Shown: one piece after another, positions 7,921-16,427 of the stretch
Position numbering within the stretch: the stretch's first letter is position 1
Layout: each line of letters starts with the position of its first letter
Assembly: GCA_964014485.1 (NCBI GenBank)
Contig: CAXHAT010000104.1
Location: 1 to 27,188, forward strand
Length of the DNA: 27,188 nt
Direction of reading: 5' to 3'
Source of the DNA: an uncultured Deferribacteres bacterium
Lineage (GTDB): Bacteria > Zhuqueibacterota > Zhuqueibacteria > Zhuqueibacterales > Geothermadaptataceae
Position numbers and translations under genes: made by a program
The notes under the pieces: model-generated
Seen by the model: the letters and a program-made list of their open reading frames with translations, nothing else
Databases searched by the model: none
Told to the model about the DNA's origin: nothing

Positions 7921-9153
7921 TTAAGGCGAAAAACTCGCCCGATTCACCGCAACTTCACCGTTATTCACAACCAGCAAAAGATCATGCAAAGCGCCAATAT
8001 CTTCCAGTGGATTACGCTCGCAAGCGACCAAATCAGCGTCAAAACCTGCAGCGAGGCGGCCGGTTTGTTTTTCAATGCCGAGAAGCTCCGCCGCATTCAC
8101 CGTCGCCGTCTGGATCGCTTCAAACGGCGTCATGCCGATGCGTACCATTTCTTCAAGCTCCAAAGACATGCGCAACGTGCTTTCCGGGCCGTAACCCGTG
8201 TCAGTCGCCGCCGCGATTTTAACGCCCAGTTCGTGCGCGTTGGAAGCGGTCAAACGGATGCGAGGAAGCATGTGGCGTCCGCGCACTTCGAGCAATGGGT
8301 TGTCGTAATCGCCGCCGGGCATGGTTAAATCGGAAACGACGGCGATGGTGGGCACGAGAAAAGTGTCTTTTTCTACCATGAGCTTCAAAGTCTCTTCGTT
8401 GAGGTACGTCCCGTGCTCAATGCTTTTGACGCCTGCCGCGACTGCTGAATAACCGCCTTCTTCGCCGTGTGCGTGCGCCGCCACCGGAACGCCGGATTTG
8501 GCGGCTTCTTCAACCAGCGCCCGCAGCTCGCTTTCCGTATAAAACGGTTTTCTTGGATCGGTGTGCGGCAGACCGGCGCGCTCCGTCGCATTGGTTTTGA
8601 TCCAATTCACGCCGTGTGAAATCATCGCCTGCGCCAGCGTGCGCATCGCCGCTGCGCCCTTGGCCTTCGACTCGAGCAAACCGGCATGCTCAGGATGATT
8701 GATGAAAAAATCATCGGCGACTTGCGGACGAACGTGGTAACCCGCCGCAAAAATCTCCGGCGATTCAATTTTTCCCGCTTTCGCCAAATCACGCAACCCC
8801 ACATCGACAAAATGCGACACGCCCATGCTCCGCGCCGTGGTGACGCCTGAATGCAAAGCGCGTTTTGCGGCGGCAAATCCGCGAATATGAACGTGGCAAT
8901 CAATAAATCCGGGCAGAAGATAACGCCCGCGCAAATCGATGGTTTCCACGCCTTCCGGCGCAATGAATTCGCCCGATTCGACTTTATCGATTTTGCCGCC
9001 CGAAACGACGACGGTTCGTCCGCGCTGGACTTTGCCGTCCACGCCGTCGATAACGCTGGCGTTGGTAATCACCAAATCTTGTGCGATAAGCATCGTGCTG
9101 CAAAGCAACCCGAAAGCCAAGCCGGTAAAAAAACGTGAACTGAACTTCGACAT
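7921..9153 (-). CDS. Metal-dependent amidohydrolase (imidazolonepropionase/Xaa-Pro dipeptidase-like) with signal peptide
   Basis: PGFIDCHVH, WIKT, AHAHG, IEHG, TDTG motifs. True start MSKFSSRFF at 9153 with GGAGGGAG RBS. The longer ORF overlaps the YqaA gene. Signal ends LIA|Q. Confidence 0.9.
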   Translation of the reverse strand: MSKFSSRFFTGLAFGLLCSTMLIAQDLVITNASVIDGVDGKVQRGRTVVVSGGKIDKVESGEFIAPEGVETIDLRGRYLLPGFIDCHVHIRGFAAAKRALHSGVTTARSMGVSHFVDVGLRDLAKAGKIESPEIFAAGYHVRPQVADDFFINHPEHAGLLESKAKGAAAMRTLAQAMISHGVNWIKTNATERAGLPHTDPRKPFYTESELRALVEEAAKSGVPVAAHAHGEEGGYSAVAAGVKSIEHGTYLNEETLKLMVEKDTFLVPTIAVVSDLTMPGGDYDNPLLEVRGRHMLPRIRLTASNAHELGVKIAAATDTGYGPESTLRMSLELEEMVRIGMTPFEAIQTATVNAAELLGIEKQTGRLAAGFDADLVACERNPLEDIGALHDLLLVVNNGEVAVNRASFSP

Positions 9154-9173
9154 ACTTCTCCCTCCGAATAAAT

Positions 9174-9587
9174 CTACAAGAACGGCCAAATCAGTAACAA
9201 ATAGCGCAAAACCCTCAAAGGCAAAGCAACGAGAACGAAAACAGCGAACGGGATGCGAAAAGCGCCGGCTAAAATCGTGATCGGATCGCCGACGAAAGGC
9301 GCCCAGGAAAGCAGTAGCGCAGACCAGCCATATTTTTTCAGCCACAGAAAAACGCGTCTTTTCTCAAACCGCTGCAGATATTTTTCTCGCATAAGTGCGC
9401 CGAGAAAATAGTTGAGCACCACTCCCAGGCAATTGCCCAGCGACGCCCAAAAGAGCGCACGGCTTGGCTTAAAATCCAATTCTAAAGCGCCAAAAAGCAG
9501 CGCTTCCGAACTCATTGGCAAAATAGTCGCCGCGAGGAATGCGCCGACAAACAGACCGATCAAACCATACTCATCGACCCAGTTCAT
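9174..9587 (-). CDS. YqaA/DedA (SNARE-associated/VTT) family inner membrane protein
   Basis: LFVGAFLAATILPMSSE, GNCLG..LNY.LG, LLLSWAPFVGDPITILAG, RY motifs. Confidence 0.9.
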   Translation of the reverse strand: MNWVDEYGLIGLFVGAFLAATILPMSSEALLFGALELDFKPSRALFWASLGNCLGVVLNYFLGALMREKYLQRFEKRRVFLWLKKYGWSALLLSWAPFVGDPITILAGAFRIPFAVFVLVALPLRVLRYLLLIWPFL

Positions 9588-9667
9588 GATTGTGTTTTTG
9601 AGAGTTGAATTAAAATGCGGCAGGCCAAGAGAGAATGCAACGAGAAACCCGGCTTCAATTTAAGCGC

Positions 9668-12600
9668 CTAATTCCCGCGAATGCTGATGTTCACGTTGAT
9701 CCCGAATTCCTTGATGGACACGTCTCCGGCAATTGTGGATGACGTTTTCCCCACTTCGAAGAACGTCCCGCCTTTAACGCGGTTGCTAAAGCTGTAGGTT
9801 ACGCTCGGCTTAAACGTCCAGCGCGACGTCTCCTGCGAAACGACGTACTTGTTCTCTTCGCCGCTGACGTTTTGTTCGGTCACGGTTTTGTTCATGTTAA
9901 AATTCACTGAAAAATCGATGCTGTTATTCAGCTTTTTCTTGCTCAAGAATGGCAGTGGAATTTTAAAGCCGGAGCGCTTGCTGTAAGTTGTTGTAAATTG
10001 AATATCTTGCTGGCGTTGGCGTTGACCGGACGCGATGGCGATGCGCATAAAAATATCGTCTTCGTAAATCGGATTCAATCGGTTGTTAAATCCGGTTGTT
10101 TTGTTGATTTGCACGTTCGTCACCATGCCGTTTTTCCAGTTCATGCTGACGCGGATGAGCGGGCGGAAACTAAAGGAAAAATCCTGTTTTTGCTGGTTGA
10201 TAATCGTGTCTTCCCACGCGATGGTGTTTTTGCCGGAAAGATTGCTGCTGACCGTCATGCTTTTGGCGACCGGCTTGAAAATGGGAATCAATTTTTCCAG
10301 CCCGCTAACGCTTAGAGTGATTTCGGGAAAGGGAATCGGGTCGCCGTCACCGATTTGTATGGCCGATTTGGAGAAACTGCCGGATCGCCGACTGGTCAGA
10401 TTGTTTTGCTCGTCGCGAGTATAAGCCACCTTGAGATCGATGCCGCGAGAAAGCTGCCAGCCCGTGTCGAATCTAAGTGTTTTATTGCGCGCCTCAGTTG
10501 AAAGAATCCCGGTCAACGTCGTGTCAACAAGGCCGATTCCAGGATTCGTGGAGAATCCGAAAATGTAATTTCTGTCGATGGCGCCGAGAGAATCGAGACC
10601 GCTGTTGGTGTAATTATTTCCGTCCTGGTAGGTGATGCGGATATCGTTGATATCGCCAAGTTTGTTTTTGACGAACTTGAAAATCGAGCCCGGGCCAAAT
10701 CCGCCGCCTTTCTTTTTTTCTTCCTTTTTCTCTTCTTCTCCAGCCTGCTGACCCGGTTCGCTCGTCCGCCGCCTTGGCGTGTTCCTCCGACGACGCGCCG
10801 TCCCCGCACTGCTGCGCGTCGTGCGCCCTTTTTTAAAAAGCTGGGAGACGCGGACCGTCATGTTCGCGTTGATGTTGGTATTTGCGCCGACGTCTCTGCC
10901 GCGCTCCGGCTGAGCAATGTTGTTACGGTATCTGAAGCTCGAAGTGTAGCCAAATTTGTTTTGAATCCAGCTAACGATTTGCGGCGAATAATCGACTTTA
11001 AAATTTTGAGATTTGTCGCTGTCTTGAAATTCGCCGCTGAACAATCCCTGCCACTGACGTTCGCGGAAATCGCCTTTCCAGGTTTTGGCCAAACTTGCGG
11101 TGAGATTGTCGAAAACCTTGTGATTCAAATTGTAGCTGCGCGTAAGAAAATAGGTGTCGCTGTTGGTAACGGCGCCCTGCCGCGTTTCCTGGAACGATTT
11201 CGCTGAATTACCCTGCAACTTGCCGCTAAAAGAACTTGGCGTGTAGTAGAATCGCGTATTCGCCGCGTTTTTGATGAGAGGAATGCTCTTTAAAAACGTA
11301 AACGGCTTGAAGTAATTGTTGCGGCCAAAATTGAGACTGTAGTCAACATTTCCGCTCCAGTTTTCGCTGTTCGCCTCTTTGATGTTTTCGCTGGATCGCT
11401 CGTCGCGGGAGTGGCTCAGGCTGGCGCGAATGTTGTCGACAGTGTTCCGAATAAAGAAGTTTTTTGATTTCGTTCTTTTGCTCGCCGAAACGCTAAAGCC
11501 TTGCTTCGTCCCTAACGTTTGCGCCAACTGAATTTGCTCTAACGGCGTCGCTTCCGTGATTAAAATATCCTGACCGGGAAAACGTTTGGGCGTAGAACGC
11601 GTTTCCGCATAATTTACAGTCACCGGAATAGAAAGTCCCCAACTCGAAGGGAAAAATTTGTCCAGGCTCATGCTGCCGTTCACCGAATAATCACGACGAT
11701 TGTCCTGGTTGCGGTTAAACCGTTCCTGCACGTTGTGAAAATCCGCGTCCCGGCGATTGACCTCGGCGTTGACCTTGATAAAATCGGACAGCGACAAATC
11801 CATGCGTGCGCGCATGGCAATGCCTTTTTCTTTCTCAACCTGCGAAAGGCGCAACTCATTGAGCCAGACTTCGCCGTTGAAATTGTCGAAATCCGTGTGG
11901 CCGTTGCGCTCATTGCGCAAGTGCTCGACGCCAAGCGTCAGCAGGCGAATGTTGGTAATTGAAGGCCGTCCCTTGATGCGATACCATTGCGTCGGGTTGG
12001 CCTGGTATTCAAAAAACTCCGGGGCGCTCGGCGTGCCGAGGGAATCGATGTAGGCGACGTATGCCGAGTCGAATTTCAGATTGGTCAACTGCGCAAGATC
12101 GATGTCCATTTCATTTTTGCCGTCCCACGCCAGACTGTCTGAGCTCTCGCCGCCGAAAACCAATTCGCGAAATTCGTAATAATCGTCTTCATTCGAACCA
12201 AAACGCAGAAAGAACACCATGTCGCTCTTGGTCGTGTCTTCATCTACCGCTTCTTGTTCTGAGGTTGGTTGAATATGGCGCTTGTCCGGCGAACGGTCAA
12301 TGGCGTGAACAAACATCCGCATCCGCTTGTAGTGAATATAGTCCTGCGGCGTAAAAAACGACTTTCTCGCCGTAACCTGGCCGCCAGGCTCAAGATCGTT
12401 GACTTGTAAAACCAACGCTTGCTCTCTCGCACGCGCCTGGGTAATTCGATCGATGACGCCGCTGACGCCAGGCGGCTGGATGTAAACTTCGGCGTTTTCA
12501 TGCGTATTGAGCACAGTCACGGCCAAGCGCGTATCTTCGCGATCCGTCTCTTGCCATTCGCTGCCGACCAGACTTATGTCCGCAATCGAAATGACGACTG

Positions 12601-15600
12601 AATCTTCATTGGCGACCCCGTCAATCCAGATTCTCGCATATTCAATCGAGTTCAGCCGAGGATCGCCGACTTTTTCCATAAAATCAAACAGTGGAATGCG
12701 AAACAAGCGCCAGCCGTTTTCGCCGCCGCGAACATAGCGCTGCTCATCTTCAAAACTGGCGAGGTCAAAAGTGTATTCGAAATAGTTGTTGACGAAATCA
12801 GTCGTTCTGTTGCCGTTCAAGTCTTCCGAATCCGGCAAGCGAATGCCGTCATTCGAGCTGTTTTCCGTGCCGTTGATAAAATTGTAGAAATTCCGCGTTT
12901 CCACCGAACGGTCGTCGTACCGCCAGTTATCATTGCTAAACGGCTCCCAGTCTTGCTTCACGCCGTCATTGTTAATGTCCCAGAAATCGCCGCCCGCCGC
13001 GATGGCTCTTGGATCATTGTCCGCCATTTGATCCAGGCCCCGATCTTCATTGACAATTGTGCCGTCATCCAACTCCAAATCGAGATCGAGATTGCCGTTT
13101 CGAAAGCCGTTGAGCGCAAAATCTTCAGTGTCGTATTCGTCGTTTGGAATGACGTCTTCGGAGACTTGGCCGAGATCGACATGCACCACGCCCTTGTCGC
13201 CGCGCACCATAACTTCAATAAACTTGCTTTCCGTCTGGTCAAAAAAACCGGAAGATAAGCCGCGCATAATGCCGCCCCAAGAGTCAGGTTGCCCGTTCTT
13301 CGGCTTAAAAACCATGGTCAGAATATCGGTCACCTGCGCCGTTTGCGCCGTCACTTCCTGATTTGGATAGATCGAGCGAATCGGCACGCCGCCAAACGGA
13401 TTGAACCAGTAAAGCTCTCCCATATTTTGCACGCTCTGGCCGTAAAGCGGATCTTGACGGCTGGAACCTAACTGGTACTGAACCGGAACGGAAGCCAACG
13501 TCCAGCCCTTCCGCTGAATGCCAAGAGGCGTCGTACGCTTGCCGCCTTCAAAATCATCGATGTAAGCGACGCCGTCGTTATCACCGGTGTCTTTATTATT
13601 CAATGTGTTGGGGTTCGGAAGAATTTGCGCAATTTCACCTTCAAATTTCAAGCTCGAAGGCTGCGTCGCATCAATGAAGGGCAGGGCGTCGACGGCTCGT
13701 GTCAGGAAATTCGGCGTAAAATTAAGCGCCGTGTTGACGTCCCAGATCATGTTTCGGATCGGCCCGCTGCCGACGCGAATTTTTTGATCTAACGTTCGTT
13801 CGTTCAAGTAGAGAAAGGTCGCGCCAACGAAAGAATTCTGGTTGATTTGATAGCGTGCGTTGGTTCCGAGAATCGTCTTTTTCTGCAATTGAAAAAGCTG
13901 ATTGCGCTCGTAGGTAATATCGAGTCCTGCGTTCTGCCCTTTGGCTTCCTCGTTCAAAATCGTCAGCGTTCCAGACCAATAATCGATCGTATAATCCGCA
14001 CCGCGCACAAGTTCTCGCCCGTTCAAACGGACTTCTTCGGAGTTCTCGATGACGTTAAAACCAAGCTGGTAGGTCGAACTCGCGCTGGAAGAGGTCACCT
14101 CAATCGAAAACTTCGAGGCTTCGCTGATTTCAGTCTGCAAAGTGCTGGTGTAAATTCTTTCCAGATCAGTGTAAGCGGGAATATCATCGTCAAAATGCGA
14201 GGTCAAAACATTCTGATTATTAACCCGAACCGTGTCTCGCGCAAAAGGTCGTAAAAAAGGTAAAATCAATTCGCCGCGCTCAAGGTTGACGATTCCCTCA
14301 AGCTCGATTTTCCCGTCAGGCTGCGGGTCGCCAGTCACATTGTCGCGGATATCAATCCCAAAAATTTCGAGATATGTTTTTGGGCCTTTGCTTTCCTGAG
14401 CGGTCTGCGAACCGACGGCATTGAGTAAAATTCTGATTTCCAGACCGTCTTCAGTCAAGCGCGTGCCGCCGAGATCATAGACGTTTTTCCATTCCAAATT
14501 CCAGGTGATAAACGTCGGCAAGGGCTGCTGCGCCTTAATCAACTTTAGCCGAATCGGTTCGCCGCTGGTTGGATTGTAATTGACGTCCCCGTCCCCGCCC
14601 CCGGCGGCGTCGCGATAAGCCACCGCCAGCACGTCTCCCTGATTGACCGGCGTGCGCATCCGCAAATACCCCAGAATCGGGAACAGCGTATAATCGACGT
14701 CCGGCTCTAAACGGCGAAAAACGCCTTTGTAGAATTCGCGCGTATTTCCCTCGCCGTTGTCGTTGATCGGATCCGGTGAAGCAATACCGTCAAATGTCTC
14801 GCCGGTGCGCTGGGCGCCCGGGGTGGAGATATAAACGACAATATCCCGAATATCCGGCACCGAGCTTTGGTGCTGCCATTCAAAACGGTAATCGCGCCAA
14901 TTTTCACGGTAAGAATAATCGAGAAAAAAGTAGGTGTTTCTTTTGTATCGATGGTCGGGGATGAGATCAGTATTGCTCGTTGAGCCTGCGTCCACAGTCA
15001 GGCGCTCGCTTTCGCCCTTTTCCTGACTGGCAATCGTGGTGAATTGCAGGTCGCCAAGCTGGGCGTCCATTTTCAGCCCGAAAAGCCCGGCGCTTTTGCC
15101 GCCAAAGGTGACGAAACGCGTTCCAGGCAGCGAGAGCGAGACGCTCCCGGCTTCGATGCTTTGGATAACTTCGTCTTCGAAGCCTTTGTAGTTGAGCTTG
15201 ATATTATTTTCAAATTCGAGCTGACGCTCGGAGTCCTGATCCACGTTGACGGTTACTTTTTCACCAATCTTACCAGTCACTGTAAACCGCTGCTGCTGGT
15301 TCATTTTAAAATTGGTGTTCGACCCTTGCGCCAGCGAGGTGCGCTGCTCACTGCGATTTTCGTTGCGAAAACCGCCGTCAATGCGAATTTCCCCTTGCAC
15401 GTTCAGGCCGACTTTATCGCCGCCAAAAATCCTTTGGAACGCCTGGTTTTTGATTTCTACCGGCAGCTCAATGTTCAGCCCTCCTGAGCCGCTTCGTCTG
15501 CGGGCTGCTGCGCTGAAATTTCTTGTGACCCCTTCCCGCCAAGCTTTTTGCAGGGTGTACTCAGTGAAAAAGTCGCGGTATTCTTGCAGCGTCACGATGC

Positions 15601-15952
15601 GCATCGGGCGAACGTGGTTACCCATGAAAGTCTCGTTCGCAACAACAAACTGGCCTGTTGAATCGACCGATACTTTGTGCACCCAATTGCGAAAGCCTCT
15701 TTTACCCAGAAACCCGGCCAGACCTTCTGCTGTCAACCCTTGATAGCCGAGTTCAGCTTCCGTGAGAAGGCTTGCTCGCGGGTCAGGAACGACGATTTGT
15801 AGACCTGCGCCGTTATTCGCGGTAACCTTGTTGCCGATTTGGGCCCAAGCAGGTTTTATAAACCCGAGAAGAACCAACAGCGCAACGCAGCGCGAGGCGT
15901 TTATAAAATTATGCAAAGAGAACTTGGAGTTTAAGAAGATGGAGTTGTTCAT
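9668..15952 (-). CDS. sprA: Type IX secretion system outer-membrane translocon SprA/Sov
   Basis: 2094 aa with signal peptide. Motifs VTGKIGEK...DSER..EFEN.IKL.Y.G.EDE.IQSIEAG.VS..LP, GLFG.K, AYIDDFEG, DSEDLNGN, WRLFRIPL, GEVWLNELRL. Long C-terminal beta-barrel of alternating strands. Confidence 0.93.
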   Translation of the reverse strand: MNNSIFLNSKFSLHNFINASRCVALLVLLGFIKPAWAQIGNKVTANNGAGLQIVVPDPRASLLTEAELGYQGLTAEGLAGFLGKRGFRNWVHKVSVDSTGQFVVANETFMGNHVRPMRIVTLQEYRDFFTEYTLQKAWREGVTRNFSAAARRRSGSGGLNIELPVEIKNQAFQRIFGGDKVGLNVQGEIRIDGGFRNENRSEQRTSLAQGSNTNFKMNQQQRFTVTGKIGEKVTVNVDQDSERQLEFENNIKLNYKGFEDEVIQSIEAGSVSLSLPGTRFVTFGGKSAGLFGLKMDAQLGDLQFTTIASQEKGESERLTVDAGSTSNTDLIPDHRYKRNTYFFLDYSYRENWRDYRFEWQHQSSVPDIRDIVVYISTPGAQRTGETFDGIASPDPINDNGEGNTREFYKGVFRRLEPDVDYTLFPILGYLRMRTPVNQGDVLAVAYRDAAGGGDGDVNYNPTSGEPIRLKLIKAQQPLPTFITWNLEWKNVYDLGGTRLTEDGLEIRILLNAVGSQTAQESKGPKTYLEIFGIDIRDNVTGDPQPDGKIELEGIVNLERGELILPFLRPFARDTVRVNNQNVLTSHFDDDIPAYTDLERIYTSTLQTEISEASKFSIEVTSSSASSTYQLGFNVIENSEEVRLNGRELVRGADYTIDYWSGTLTILNEEAKGQNAGLDITYERNQLFQLQKKTILGTNARYQINQNSFVGATFLYLNERTLDQKIRVGSGPIRNMIWDVNTALNFTPNFLTRAVDALPFIDATQPSSLKFEGEIAQILPNPNTLNNKDTGDNDGVAYIDDFEGGKRTTPLGIQRKGWTLASVPVQYQLGSSRQDPLYGQSVQNMGELYWFNPFGGVPIRSIYPNQEVTAQTAQVTDILTMVFKPKNGQPDSWGGIMRGLSSGFFDQTESKFIEVMVRGDKGVVHVDLGQVSEDVIPNDEYDTEDFALNGFRNGNLDLDLELDDGTIVNEDRGLDQMADNDPRAIAAGGDFWDINNDGVKQDWEPFSNDNWRYDDRSVETRNFYNFINGTENSSNDGIRLPDSEDLNGNRTTDFVNNYFEYTFDLASFEDEQRYVRGGENGWRLFRIPLFDFMEKVGDPRLNSIEYARIWIDGVANEDSVVISIADISLVGSEWQETDREDTRLAVTVLNTHENAEVYIQPPGVSGVIDRITQARAREQALVLQVNDLEPGGQVTARKSFFTPQDYIHYKRMRMFVHAIDRSPDKRHIQPTSEQEAVDEDTTKSDMVFFLRFGSNEDDYYEFRELVFGGESSDSLAWDGKNEMDIDLAQLTNLKFDSAYVAYIDSLGTPSAPEFFEYQANPTQWYRIKGRPSITNIRLLTLGVEHLRNERNGHTDFDNFNGEVWLNELRLSQVEKEKGIAMRARMDLSLSDFIKVNAEVNRRDADFHNVQERFNRNQDNRRDYSVNGSMSLDKFFPSSWGLSIPVTVNYAETRSTPKRFPGQDILITEATPLEQIQLAQTLGTKQGFSVSASKRTKSKNFFIRNTVDNIRASLSHSRDERSSENIKEANSENWSGNVDYSLNFGRNNYFKPFTFLKSIPLIKNAANTRFYYTPSSFSGKLQGNSAKSFQETRQGAVTNSDTYFLTRSYNLNHKVFDNLTASLAKTWKGDFRERQWQGLFSGEFQDSDKSQNFKVDYSPQIVSWIQNKFGYTSSFRYRNNIAQPERGRDVGANTNINANMTVRVSQLFKKGRTTRSSAGTARRRRNTPRRRTSEPGQQAGEEEKKEEKKKGGGFGPGSIFKFVKNKLGDINDIRITYQDGNNYTNSGLDSLGAIDRNYIFGFSTNPGIGLVDTTLTGILSTEARNKTLRFDTGWQLSRGIDLKVAYTRDEQNNLTSRRSGSFSKSAIQIGDGDPIPFPEITLSVSGLEKLIPIFKPVAKSMTVSSNLSGKNTIAWEDTIINQQKQDFSFSFRPLIRVSMNWKNGMVTNVQINKTTGFNNRLNPIYEDDIFMRIAIASGQRQRQQDIQFTTTYSKRSGFKIPLPFLSKKKLNNSIDFSVNFNMNKTVTEQNVSGEENKYVVSQETSRWTFKPSVTYSFSNRVKGGTFFEVGKTSSTIAGDVSIKEFGINVNISIRGN

Positions 15953-16427
15953 TATCCAGTGAACAAGGTTCGATCGAATTCTACAGTTCTGCGCTTAGAA
16001 AACAAGCAGTTTAAAATGTGAACTTGTAGCAAAAACCGATAATGAACTCCGTGATTGGTTGGGCGCCTGTAAGTCCCTGAAAAAGTTGGCTATGGTAAAG
16101 AATTAATGCTGAAAAGGCAAGTGAAAACTCGCTCTCAACACGCCCGGTCAAACGCGATTTTCAGGCGTGAGGTTCCCTAAAAAACGAAAGCGCTGCATCA
16201 TAAAACATGTGAACAATCATGCTTCAGTGCAGCGCCTTTAACGCAACTTCAATCTTTATATACGCGCTTTGGCGAATTATGGAGAAAATCAATTTTGATG
16301 AAATGCAAGATGATTCATCATATGACGAAATGAAACGGATCATCACGGCGAAAACGCGCGTTAGATGGAAAGCGATTGGCTTTGAAGGCCAAGCCGATAT
16401 ATTGACGCTAAACTTTGACACGAATCT

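Noticed and set aside
9154..9345. N-terminal extension of the amidohydrolase ORF
   Set aside because: It overlaps the YqaA gene. The RBS and signal peptide point to ATG 9153.
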